From IMG/VR virus record IMGVR_UViG_3300037400_003528, positions 64,001 to 128,000 of that record: a stretch of 64,000 bases of DNA; one strand, given 5' to 3'. This DNA is from a virus. Position 1 is the stretch's first letter. Each line of letters starts with the position of its first letter. The notes beneath the pieces are model-generated. The model saw only the letters and a list, made by a program, of their open reading frames with translations. It made no database searches and was not told where the DNA came from. A program made the position numbers and the translations under genes. This document shows positions 13,401 to 25,436 of this stretch, one piece after another.

Positions 13401-16214
13401 GATAAAGTTCAAAAGAAACAAGATAAATTAACTGGCAAGGAATTACTTAAAAATCTTGAAGAACAATTAAAATTATTAGAAAAACAAGTAGATACATATA
13501 AACAAAAAATAGAATTAGAAAAACAATAGGCGGATTAGTTACGTAACAGTTTAAGAAAATAGGGATTTAATTTTGATTAGAATGGTAATATAACTAATTA
13601 CGCTACTGGTTTATCGAAAGCTCTTGCTGATTATAATAAAGCAATAGAAAAATATAATAAGATGAGCGCGGAAGACCAGTAGAAAAATAAAAATTTATTA
13701 GATGATGCTAAATAGAAATATGAAACGATTAAAAAGAATATTTAGAGATACGATAAAATTATATCAGAATAGATTCCTGGGTTAGAAAAAAGTATTCAAG
13801 ATGCCTTAGATAAATAGACAGAAATAAATATACAAAAATTTAAAATGAAAGTAGATTTATAGTTAGATTTATCATAGGCAGAAAGAGAATTTAATTAGTT
13901 TAATAAAAAAGTTATTAAACAATTAAGAGATAATGATGTATTAGGACAAGCTAAAGCATCATTTAAAGATTTAAGTTCTTATTATAAAAGTGGATACGAT
14001 GTTATTGAAGGTTTAACTAATCAAGTTTCAGATACATTAAGATAGATTAAAAATATAGATAATAATGGTTTTTCTGCAATTTATGGAAAAGATAGGGCGG
14101 CCGCATTAAAAGATCTAAATGATTATATGGAAACTTTAATGCAAAACCTTGAAGATGTAGAAGATAAAGTTAAAGAAATTAAAGAAGCTATTTTTGATGC
14201 TATTGATAAAGCACAAGATAGTTTCGATTAGCAAAAGAAAGAATATGAATATATTTCAGATTTAATTGACCATAATAAAGAAGTAGTTTAGTTATTATAC
14301 GGATAGGACGCTTATAAAGAATTATAGAAATATTATAAACTACAAGAAAAGAATAATAACAAAGAAATGGATTTCTTACGTCGCCAAAAAGATATGTGGT
14401 ATGATAAAATGCAAGAAGAACAAAAACGTATGAATAGTTTAGATAAAAATTCTAATGCATATTATGAATCACAAGAACGCTTTGAATAGTATAAAAAGCA
14501 TTGGATGGATGCGACAAAAGAATTAAATAGTTTAATGGAATCTTCTATTGAAAATATTGTAGATAAATATTTAAATAATATAGATAAAATATTTAAAAAA
14601 TTAGAAGATAAATTAACTAATAATAAAGGTTTATAGAATATTTCTGAAGAATGGTAGCTAATAAATCAATAGGCGGACATGTATTTAGATAAAGTTAATT
14701 CTATGTATGAAATAGATAAACTAGAAAATGCATATAAGGATGCTATTGATGATAATGAAGGTAATTTAAAGGCACAACAATCTTTAAATAATTTAATGAA
14801 TGAACAGTTAAAGTATTTAAAAGATAAAGATAAATTAACTAAATATGATGTAGATAGAGCAAATGCTTTATTACAAATTTAGATTAAACGATTAGCTTTA
14901 GAACAAGCGCGCCAAAGTAAAACTAAATTACGTTTAAGAAGAGATGCACAAGGAAATTATACTTATCAATATACTGCGGATGAAGATGCTTCAAGAAAAG
15001 CACAATAGGAACTTGCGGAAGCTGAAAATAGTTTATATAATTTAACAAAATAGGCTTATAAAAATAATTTAAATGATTATTATAATACTACAGAATAGTT
15101 TAATGATAAAATTAAGTAGGTTTATAAAGATACTACTTTAAGTGCGGAAGAGCAGAATCAAAAAATTGCTATGTTATATTAGCATTACGGAAATATTATT
15201 AATGGATTAACTCAACAAAATGAAGATTTAAAGAAATTCATGATGGAAGATACATTTAATGAAATGGCTAAAATGTATAATACTGATGTTGAGAATTTTA
15301 AAGCCATGACAGATGAGTAGAAAAATACTCTTATGGAACAAATGATTCCATATTGGAAATCTGGCATCCAAGAAATGGCGGATACTGTTTCTGGCGCAGG
15401 TGGTTTTGTACCTGTCACTAAAGATGCATTTAAAGAATTAAAAGATACTACTAAAGATTATAAAGATTCATTAAAAGAAGTAAGTGAAACCGCAGGTCAA
15501 TCTTTAAATGATATTAAAAAAGGATTAGATAAAAATATTTCCAGAACAGAAAAATTATTAGATAAAAATAAATAGTTAATTAATGGATATAAAGATGAAA
15601 TTTCCGCGGTACAAGATGTAATAAATAATGTTGAAAAATTAGCAGATACTTATTAGACAGCTAAAAAAGCGGCAATAGATGCTACTAAATAGGCATATAA
15701 TTTTATTCAAATACAGAATAAAGATATAGAAAATAAAAATTCTCCTACTTCTAAAACAACTTAGCAATAGACTAAAAGTGGGGGCCAAAATATTAAAGTT
15801 ATAGATAGTAAAATGTTTTCAACAGATACAAATTTATTAATATAGTCTTTATTAAATTCTTCTAAGAAAGTTTCTTTTGATACAGGTGGTTATACTGGAG
15901 CATGGGGTAATACAGGTAAAAATGCAATTGTACATGAAAAAGAGTTAATTTTAAACAAAAAAGATACAGAAAATATATTAACTGCTATACATATTACAAG
16001 AACGTTAGATAATATATTATCTAATTTTAGTTTAAGAAATGATTTTACAAATGCTTTAACTGGTTTATCTACTTCTATGGGTAAACAAGAATTAGATCAG
16101 CATGTTACAATTTCTGCAACCTTCCCTAATGTTAAATAGAAATCAGAAATTTAGGAAGCATTTAAAAACCTTATGAATAAAGCAAGTCAATTTGCTTATC
16201 ATAATAAAAAATAA
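7449..16214 (+). CDS. tail tape measure protein, 2921 aa, on the order of 150 in-frame TAG, ends TAA
   Basis: RBS 'gaggagga' precedes ATG 7449. All seven supplied ORF fragments between 7755 and 15575 lie in frame 0. A triplet check across every inter-fragment segment found only TAG, never TAA/TGA. A TP901-like tape measure core is readable ('MSQLAIATSKVASTASAMGVNVDQLNASLATVIATTRQAP.AVGTAFKTIFTRL'). The protein has coiled-coil character and a Gly/Lys-rich insert at 13190-13320. Confidence 0.8.
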
Positions 16215-16293
16215 TATGGTCAAAAAATAATAAGTAATTATTTTAAATTTTAAATATAATTATAACAATTAAGAGAAAAAAGGAGGTAGTATA

Positions 16294-19200
16294 ATGGGCA
16301 GTGAGCAATACTCCAATGAATTATTATCTGCAATGTCTATAATTGCAAATAGAGCTGTTGAAACTGCTAATTATAATAAAACTATTAAAGCTACGATAAT
16401 ATAGTGTCAAGATGCAACTATAGAAAGATATAAAGTTCAATATCAAGATGGGTATTGGACTGCCTATGGAAATGGTTCAGGAGTTTCTTATACAAAAGGA
16501 ACTCCTGTCTATATTTTAATTCCAAATGGGGATATGTCTTAGCGAAAAACTATTTTAGGTAGTGTAAAACAGTTAGGGATTAATTATATAAATGTTCCAA
16601 CTTAGGAAAATAAATATTCAGAAAATGGAAATAATATTTTAACAGAACAAGAATCAAATTATGGTTTATGTTCTTATAGAAATCAAAGGCAAATAATTTT
16701 TAATGTAGCTAATACTACAAATAATATAAAAATCAATCTTAGGGCTGCTTCTGTTTATATTAAGCAATCTTCTCATTTAAAATGTTCATTTAAAATACAA
16801 ACGAAATTACCATTAGAACAACAGTATAGTGGTAATTATGGAATAATATTTTATTTAGATTTTAAAGATAGAACTACTAATGAAACGGTAACAAGATAGT
16901 ATATTTTTGATACATATTTAATGACTGGAAATCCATATTTATTTAATAATGCTGTCACTCAAACTATGTCTTTTTAGATAGATGGACCAAGATTTGAAAG
17001 AATTTCTAAAATAGAATTATTTACAAAGGATTTTCCTCATAGAAGTATAAAAAATCATCCTGATGATATTTTTATTTTTGATTTAAATATAAAAGGAGTT
17101 ACTTTATTATCGCAAGAATAGATGGATAAAGTTTCTTTATCTTTTGTTGCTAAAAGAGGATATATTTTTACAGAAGAAGACGAAGATAATTAGAGTAAAA
17201 AAATATAGACAATTATAAGGGTGTTAGGTAAAACTGTAACTGATACAAATAGTCAAGATATAAAATTTTATTGGTTTGTTCAAAATATCAGTATTACTCA
17301 AAACAGTATTTTTTATAATAAATATGGTGGTTCTGGTTGGAAATGTTTAAATAAATATAAAGTTTTAAAAAAAGAAGAAGGAAAACCTACAAAAATTGAA
17401 TTCAATTCAGGCTCTTCTTATTTTATAATTAAAAAAGCGGATGTTTTGATTAAAAATCAAAAATATAAATGTGTAGTATTATATGGTGATACTATCCTTC
17501 AAAAAGAATTTACGATAATAAACGATGCCGCTGATTATACAATTAATATTATTTCTAATAAAGGAACTAGTTTTACTCTTGATTCTGGTTATCCTGATCT
17601 TACTTGTGAAATAAGTAATAAAAATGGAACCCCTTTAGGATTACAATATCATTGGGGAATTGTTAATTATCAGGGTGTTTTTAGTAATCTCTCTGAAAAT
17701 TCTACTAATTATAATAATTGGAAAACAGACTTAGAAGATTATAATAAATTAAAAGATGATTTAAATAATAAAACAATTTATAGAAATGGTATATATAAAG
17801 GTACAAATAAAAAAAATATTGATGTATATAATGAATTAAAAGATCAAATTAAAATATGGAATAAAACAGAAATTGTTTATCAAAATTTTATTTATCATGT
17901 AAATATTAAAAATATTGTAAACTTTAGTACATTTATTTGTACTGTTGTAGATAAAAATGCTAATGTTATAGGTTCCGCAGAAATTACGTTAATAAATAAA
18001 TCTTCTTCTAATGGCGGATATTTTTTACGATTAAATAATGGTAAACAAGTATTTAATTATAATTAGGAAGGATTAAGTCCATGTAAAAATCCAAAACTTA
18101 AATATGTAATTCCAGAATTAAGTTTTTCTTTATATAATAATGAAAATTAGGAAATAGATCAAGATTAGATTAATGCAAATAATATTAAATGGTTTATACC
18201 GAAATCTAATGATTCATTATTAACATGTAATTATGAAAATGGTAAAACAGAAGGAAATATGATAGTATATTCTGGTAGAAAAACTTTTGTTTATGGAATT
18301 TTAAATAGATATATTAAAAATCATAATATTAATAATATACAACTTTAGGTTAAATATCATGGTTATACTTTAACTGCTGAAACTAATTTTACTTTTACTA
18401 AATAGGGGTATTCTGGTACTAATGGAACTGGTGTAGTAGTTAGAATAGTTCCTATAGATGAAAATAGTATAGAAATTAATTCATTACCCTATTATACTGC
18501 TAATACTAATACGTCAAATTTTAATAAACTAAAAGTAGAAGTATATAAAGGCGGAGAACAAGTATCAACAAATAATTATACTTGTGTTTGGTCAGTATTA
18601 ATTAATAAAAAAAATAATAAAATAGAAACTACTGGTAAAACAGTAACAGCAATAACATTATCATCTTGTGAAATTATAAAAGTTGCAGTAAGTATGGAGG
18701 GTAAAACTATTTATGCAACTTTACCAATTATATATTGTAATTATGAAGGAAATGGATATAGAATATCTTTAAAATAGAATACAGGTTATCAATATGTTTA
18801 TTATGCAGAAGATGGTACTAACCCTCAATATAATAATAAATATCCTTTTACTTTTATCATTGAAAAAACGATTAATGGTATTTTATAGGATGTTAGTACA
18901 AATACAAATTTTATAAATGATAAAACTTTTCAATATTCAACTTTTGGTAATTTAACTGAAGTAGATAAAGTATCATCAAAATCCAATTCAATAAGAGTAA
19001 ATCCTAAGAGTTATTATAATGGTGATAATGTTATAAATTATATACAATGTATTGTTTTTGATTCTACAATATAGAAAAATAAAAAAGTAGCAACATGTCA
19101 AGTGCCTATTCATATGATGTTAAATAGATATGGGCATGCTGCCTTAAATGATTGGGATGGTAATTCTATTGATATTGGTAAAAATGGATAGACTATATTA

Positions 19201-20802
19201 GCACCTCAAGTTGGAGCAGGAGAAAAAGATAAAACAACTAATAGATTTACAGGAATTCTTATGGGTTCTATTAAAAAAAATAATGTAATTGAGAATGGAT
19301 TATTTGGTTATGGAGATGGAGACAGAACTATTTTTCTTAATGCTTCAAATGGAAATGCTATTTTTGGAAAAGAAGGACAAGGCCAAATAACTGTAAGTCC
19401 AACTAAAAGTTCAATTGAAAGCGGTCAATATAATTGGAGTAATGATAAAAAAGGAAAAGGGTTGAAAATAAATTTTGATAATGACAATCCTTACATTCAT
19501 TTTGGTTCTCAAAAGTTTTATGTAAATTCAAATGGTGAAATGACTGCAAGAGGCGGAGGTCATATTGCTGAATGGGATATTGGTGAGAATGATTTAACAA
19601 AAGGTAAAGTTGGTATTAGTTCTGATAATTCTGAAGATGGAAATATTGCTTTTTGGGCGGGAAATAAAGATCGTACTAAAGCCCCTTTTAGAGTTGATTT
19701 TGGCGGAGCATTTATAAGCACTAAAGGTAATATTGCTGGATGGGAAATTAATAAAAATTCTTTAACAAAAGGTAAGGTTGGTATTAGTTCTAATAATTCT
19801 AAAGACACAAATATAGCTTTCTGGGCGGGAAGTTCAGATAGCACTAAGGCTCCTTTTAGAGTTGATTTTGGCGGAAATTTAGTTATTAATTCTGGTAAAA
19901 TTGGTAGAGGATCATATCCTATTTATATTGGCGGAAAAGGGTCATATGAAAGTGGAACGTTATATAGCGGGACACACAATGTTTTAGACTCTACTGCTAA
20001 AGGTTTTTATTTAGGAACAGATGGTATATCTTTTGGTGGATTTTTTAAAATGGATGCATCTGGTGATTTAACTGCTAAAAGCGGAAAAATAGCTAATTGG
20101 AATTTTGATGCTAATGCTATTTATAATGATGAAGCCAAAAAATATAGTAAACCTGCATATACAAATGATAAAGGTGTTGTTTTAGGTAGAGGAATTTATT
20201 TTGGAAAAGGCGGTCTCCGTATGGGAGAAAATTTCCATGTAAATGAAAATGGAGATTTATATGCTAGAAGTGGATATTTTTAGGGAACTTTATATTCTTC
20301 AGAAGGTAAAATTGGTGGATGGGAAATAAAACCTACTTTATTAAAAGGTGGAAATATGTAGATTAACTCTAATGGTTCTATGAAAGGATCTAATTGGAGC
20401 ATTAATTCAGATGGAAAAGCTAATTTTAGTAATATGAATATTTCTGGTGGAACTATTTCTGGAGGTAGTAGAACAGGCGGTTCTATGTCAGGAGGAACTA
20501 TTCATCCTGGCAGTGTTGGAGTACCTGGTGGAAAAACTTTAAATGAATGGTGTAAAGATATTGTTGCTACAAGTGTAACTGCTGATTATATTAAAGGTAA
20601 AATATCAAGTATAGACATTCTTTCAGTAAAAACTCTTTCGGCACGAAAAATATTAATTGGGGGAAGACGTGGAATTGAAGTTGCTACACAAACATGGGCT
20701 GCACAAATGGTTAATGATAAACTAAAAAATTATGTAAAAAAGGGAGATATACATATACCTACTAAAGTTACTATTAATGGAGTAACTTATCATTTATCAT
20801 AA
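16294..20802 (+). CDS. fused distal-tail / tail-tip (Dit-Tal-like) protein, 1502 aa, ~30 TAG
   Basis: RBS 'aaaaaggagg' precedes ATG 16294. Every line 16321-20761 was read in triplets with only TAG interruptions. The frame contains ORFs 17221..18066, 19261..20283 and 20380..20802. It ends at TAA 20800-20802. Confidence 0.6.
19573..19905 (+). repeat. tandem ~165-bp (55-aa) direct repeat inside the tail-tip gene
   Basis: Two ~85%-identical copies encode '..NSLTKGKVGISS.NS.D.NIAFWAG...TKAPFRVDFGG'. The repeat also creates the spurious minus-strand ORFs 19403..19600 and 19560..19844. Confidence 0.6.
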
Positions 20803-20826
20803 TTTAAAAAGAAAAAAGGAGCTATA

Positions 20827-21057
20827 ATGGAAACAATAAACATTAATAGTGAACAATTTAAAAGAAATCTTTAGAATTTAATAAATTCAAGTAATTTACC
20901 AATTTCTAATATATATTATATAATATCACTTATACAAAAGGAATTGGAATATGAATATTATACTATATTAAATTCAGAATTAGCATAGCAATCACAGAAA
21001 CAAGAGGAAGAAGAGGTATAGAATGAGTAGAGTAACGAAAGTATACAAGAAAACTAA
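20827..21057 (+). CDS. hypothetical small protein (76 aa, 4 TAG)
   Basis: RBS 'aaaggagc' precedes the start. The frame is open to TAA 21055-21057. Confidence 0.4.
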
Positions 21058-22798
21058 TGGTCAATTTGGATAGCCTGTTCCAATAGGTACTTCTTCTTAG
21101 TATGTAACAGTAAATTCAAATGGGACTACTTTACAACAAATATTAGGAGATGTAAATGAATTACAGGAAAAATTAGAATAGGGTGATTTAACATCTTCTA
21201 TTTTAAAAGTTGCGGAATCTAGTGGTGTTAGTATAGGAGAAGCTACCGCAGAAAAATCTGGATTAATGTCATCTACAGATTTTAAAAAGATTAATCCTGT
21301 AATATTAAAATAGGGTGATGATTTAAATGATATTAAATAGATTGGTTGGTATAGAGTATCAACAGATGTTAGAAATAGACCAATTGCTAATTATGTAGGT
21401 TGGTTATAGGTTCAACAATTAGGAAGTGGAAATTTTTTTCAAAGATTTAGAGGATCAAATTCAACAGGTACTTATTACGAAAGACTTTATACAACATCTA
21501 ATTTATGGTCGAACTGGAAACAGCTAGATGCTCCTATGACAGGAGCAACTTCTGCATCTAACGGAAGTGTAGGATTAGTACCTGCTCCTTCTGCGGGAAA
21601 ACAAAATTCTTATTTACGTGGAGATGGTACATGGCAAATTCCACCAAATACTTGGACCGCCAATACATCAACAAGTGCAGGATATGTTGCTGCTGGATCT
21701 GGTCATAATGATAAAGTTTGGATGACAAATAGTTCTGGAACTCCTGCTTGGAGAACAATTACTACCATGACTGGTGCAACTAAAACTACAGCAGGCACTA
21801 AAGGATTAGTACCTGCGCCTGGAAGTAATAAAGAAGAATATCTTTTATCTGGAGCGGGAACATGGATTGCACCTCCTAAGAATAGTTCTGGTACAACTAG
21901 TGGGTTGTTATTAACACAAAGTCAATTTAATACTATTTCTAGTAGAAGTAAGAATTTTAGTAATCATGCTTTAGATTTAATACCAACTTCAAATGCCAAC
22001 TATGGTGGTTATATAGATTTTCATTATAATGGAGCTACAAATTTTACTTCTCGTATTGTAGAAAATACAAAAGGTAAAATTAAAGTTTCTAATGATTTTG
22101 AAGTTGGTGGAGATACTGCTTTAAATAAAACAACAGCAGGAGCAACCATTGTATCTTCATTAACAAATAATGGAAATACAAATCTTAAAGGAACAACCTC
22201 TTTTAATGGTTCTGCTAATTTTAATAAAACAGCTATTTTTAATAAAACAGTAACAGTAAATGATCTTATTGATGTAGTTGGAACTATTAAAATCCCAAAT
22301 CGAGGAAGTGGTAATTTAGGTTATTACCCTGTTGCTTCTTCTGCGGCAGATACAGGAGAAGTTTATATGTTAAATTCTTATTTAGGTAATTGTTTAGAAA
22401 TATAGGGAAACTGGGGAGTAAAAAAAGGAAGAACTGTTAAAAGATTTTATATTACAAATACTTCTGATATAAGATTAAAATAGGATATAAAGGATAGTTC
22501 TATTAGTGGTTTAGATTTAATTAATAAAATTAAAGTTCGTGATTTTAAATGGAAAGAAGACCATCGACATCAAAAAATTGGTTTTATTGCAGATGAATTA
22601 GAAGAATTAGATCCTAATTTAAGTTTAGGTGAAAAACCTTATAATGAATAGGGGCATCCTATATATAAACAAGTAAATAGTTTTTATTTACAAGGATATG
22701 AAGTAAAAGCTATTCAAGAATTATCTTCTCAAAATAAAAAATTATTAGAAAAGATTGAGAAATTATAGAAAGAAATAAAATAGCTTAAAAATAAATAA
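21023..22798 (+). CDS. tail fiber protein with C-terminal intramolecular chaperone / peptidase-S74-like domain (591 aa, ~14 TAG)
   Basis: Gly-rich fiber repeats are present ('[24 protein letters not shown]', '[24 protein letters not shown]'). The C terminus reads '[51 protein letters not shown]', typical of the auto-cleaving chaperone domain. The frame was verified to TAA 22796-22798. Confidence 0.8.
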
Positions 22799-22803
22799 AA
22801 AAA

Positions 22804-22840
22804 AGCAAGTGATTTACAATAAAATCACTTGCTTTTTTTA
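22804..22840. terminator. bidirectional rho-independent terminator where the + and - modules converge
   Basis: Stem 'agcaagtgattt' / 'aaatcacttgct', with an A-run before and a T-run after. Confidence 0.75.
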
Positions 22841-22842
22841 TT

Positions 22843-23325
22843 TTAAAAAGCACTTTTATGCTATTTAATATAAGCCATACCTAAACAAATTGCATCACTT
22901 ATATCATCATTGACATTTATGCCATAAACCATTTTAACTAAACGTTGACTATTAGCTTTTAAAATTTCTCTTTTAATTCCTGGCCCAGTCTGTATTCCAC
23001 ATAATTTTCGCCAATGTCCAGATACATATAAATTTACTTTATATCCTTGTACACCTAAATCTGTAATTACTCTTCCTTGAAGATATATTAATGCTTTATA
23101 TACAGATTGATTTTGTTTAACATCCTATGGTAAAACTTCTTCCATAACAATATCAGTAGGATTATATTTTTTACAAATTTCTACAATTTTACTACTCATA
23201 TTTTTTATTCTTTTATATACGTTTCGATCATTTTCTATTAAACATTCATAATGTATTAGTTTGCCCTACTAAAATATTGCAACTCCGCTAGATTTAGTAG
23301 AGGCGTCTATCGCTAAAGTTTTCAT
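22843..23325 (-). CDS. RuvC-like Holliday junction resolvase (160 aa, 3 TAG including a TAG-TAG tandem at 23266-23271)
   Basis: The N terminus 'MKTLAIDASTKSSGVAIF' matches the RuvC/YqgF fold signature. RBS 'aaggagg' precedes the start. Confidence 0.65.
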
Positions 23326-23354
23326 CGTTAAAACTACCTCCTTAATCTAATTAG

Positions 23355-23383
23355 AGTATATCAAAAATTTTTAAAAATGTCAA
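23355..23383 (-). promoter_or_regulatory. sigma70-like promoter TTGACA-17-TATACT (minus strand) upstream of the RuvC-like gene
   Basis: Minus-strand reading is 'ttgacatttttaaaaatttttgatatact'. Confidence 0.65.
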
Positions 23384-23436
23384 AAAAATAAGAGGATAGC
23401 AATTTATTAAAATTACTATCCTCTTATTTTTTATTT
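23382..23436. terminator. hairpin terminator (aagaggatag...ctatcctctt) flanked by an A-run and a T-run
   Basis: 10-bp perfect stem with a 16-nt loop; bidirectional. Confidence 0.55.
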
Positions 23437-23868
23437 ACTACCAGTACTACCAAAACCGCCATCGCCGCGGACTGTGTCTGAAAGATTCTAAACCTAATTA
23501 AACTATAAATTATATTTAGGTAATAAAGCAAATTGTGCTATTCTTTCATATGGTTTTATAATTTGAGTTTCATATGAATCATTTTGTAATGAAACTAATA
23601 ATTCTCCCCTATAATCGGGATCAATTACTCCAACACAGTTTGAAGGACGAAGATGTTTTTTTGAAGCAATTCCGCTTCTTGGGAAAATTCCTCCCCAGTA
23701 CTACTTAGGAATCTACATAGCTATTCCTGTTCCAATCATTTTTGAACTATGTGGTGGTATAAGTATATCTTCTGCAATATCTGCATAAAGATCACACATT
23801 GCGGCATCCTAACTTCCGCAATAAGGCGTTTTCGCCGTTTCTGTTAATTTTTTAAAATTAATAATCAT
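23431..23868 (-). CDS. dut: dUTPase (145 aa, 5 TAG)
   Basis: Motifs readable: 'VIDPDYRGEL', 'ERIAQF' and C-terminal 'RGDGGFGSTG'. Confidence 0.8.
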
Positions 23869-24112
23869 ATGATAAAGCTCCTCTATCTTGATAGAAAGGT
23901 AAAAGTCTTCCTTCTGGTTCTATTTCTTTACAAAATTCTTTAACAAGAATAACACGAACCCATTCTTCTTCAGTCTTTTTTCTTTCTTTTACTTCACTGC
24001 TACTTTTAATTACTGTATAATCAGCATTCTTCTTTGCTTCCTATATTAAATTTTGTGCTTCTTTCTAGTTTCCGCAACGATATTGTTCAGTTACTTTTAT
24101 AAGTGTAGTCAT
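23858..24112 (-). CDS. hypothetical protein (84 aa, 2 TAG)
   Basis: RBS 'ggagttaag' precedes the start. The gene overlaps the dUTPase start by 11 nt. Confidence 0.4.
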
Positions 24113-24121
24113 CTTAACTCC

Positions 24122-24373
24122 TTAAATTTTATAACAAAAAACAGTAGGTTCTTTATCTGTATACATACTTTGTTCGATTTTATTTGTTTGTTCTTCAATT
24201 TTTTTTAAAAATTTAATAGGGGCGCCATTTAAATAAACTTTATTTATATCTTTCTCTTTTGCAAAAAAAGTTGGAAGAGAACATAGTGGAATACTTTCTC
24301 GTTTCCGCTATCCATTACTAAAAAAAACTGTTTGATAAAAAGTTCCTATATTTATTTTACATGCTGCTTCCAT
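24122..24373 (-). CDS. hypothetical protein (83 aa, no TAG)
   Basis: RBS 'aaggagat' precedes ATG 24373; the ORF ends at TAA. Confidence 0.45.
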
Positions 24374-24382
24374 AATATCTCC

Positions 24383-24766
24383 TTAACATTCTATAACGGC
24401 ATTATCATATGGAAAAAGATAATAAGCAAAAGGTTCATTATTAATTTTTATCCAAATTTCAAAATTTCCATCAGGTTGCTCTTCAATAGAAAGAATATCT
24501 CCCCTATCTGTGCAACATCCTAAACATTCTTTTGCTGCTATTGCGGGAGGGTTTGGATTTTGATTTTCATACATGTGAAAAATAGTAATATCACTTCTTT
24601 CTCTACAATATAACATACCATATGAATCACATTTCATATTAAAAAAATCTTCTATTTTACACTGGGCGGCCGCCAATTCAAGATGATTCATAGGTTTAAA
24701 TAACTATTTATTAGACATTAATTGTTTATTAGCAGCATATAATGTTCCCATACTAAGTTCTGCCAT
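24383..24766 (-). CDS. hypothetical Cys-containing protein (127 aa, 1 TAG)
   Basis: RBS 'taaggag' precedes the start. The reading extends the supplied ORF 24383..24691 upstream across one TAG. Confidence 0.5.
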
Positions 24767-24777
24767 TTATTTTCTCC

Positions 24778-24963
24778 TTATAATTCTATTTTTTTATATA
24801 AACCGCAATGGCATTCACCGAGTCCTTGCTATCTAAATTCTTTACAAATACATTTAGTATCTTCATTTTTTATTGTTTTACAAGGGCAATACCCATTATT
24901 TGTTTTGAGCATTGCCCGTATCTAATTAGCAAGTTCTTTATCTTCCGTTACTTTTATTATCAT
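24778..24963 (-). CDS. small Cys-rich protein (61 aa, 2 TAG)
   Basis: ATGA overlap with the nrdG stop. Contains 'GYCPCK...CICK...CHCG'. Confidence 0.4.
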
Positions 24964-25436
24964 ATTATTAACCTTTCTGCATATTGATTATTACTAGCTA
25001 AATTTACACCCAATGTTTCATCATAATGTTGCTCTTGATTAGGTATAAATCTTCCATATTTTATAATTATATTATCAAAATTTTTTAAAAAAGTCAAATA
25101 CCATTTAATTTCTTCTTTATTATATCCAGTATAGATTATTATATCATCATTAGATACCTATCTAAATTTTTTAATAAAATCTAGTACCTAATAGAAAGAA
25201 TCAAATGGTTCTAATCCTTGAAAAACAATAGCTTCAGAAATATTATTATTTAAATAACTATTTATAATTTCTTTTATAGGTATATTTATTTTCTTTGCGG
25301 AAGCTAGGTCTGAGTTCTGACAGACCTGTTTCCCGCATTCTTTATCACATTTAAATGTGCAACAAGGCATCATTATTGTCATACAAGGTTTTTTATAATT
25401 TATAAAATCTTCATTTATAATATCAATTACTTTCAT
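24960..25436 (-). CDS. nrdG: anaerobic RNR activating protein NrdG-like radical-SAM enzyme (158 aa, 2 TAG)
   Basis: A Cys cluster 'CTFKCDKEC' and 'FQGLEPF' are present. The gene sits immediately downstream of nrdD with an ATGA overlap. Confidence 0.7.

Noticed and set aside
19573-19905. Diversity-generating retroelement (template/variable repeat) in the tail-tip repeats
   Set aside because: Differences between the copies are not adenine-specific, and no reverse transcriptase gene is nearby.
16294-20802. Separate distal-tail and tail-tip genes
   Set aside because: No TAA/TGA exists between them in the only open frame. They would be separate only if TAG terminates context-dependently, which I cannot judge from sequence.
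15212-21758. Minus-strand ORFs inside the tape measure, tail-tip and fiber genes (15212.., 19403.., 19560.., 21558..)
   Set aside because: They overlap verified plus-strand coding sequence. The 19.4-19.8 kb pair are mirror images of the tandem repeat.
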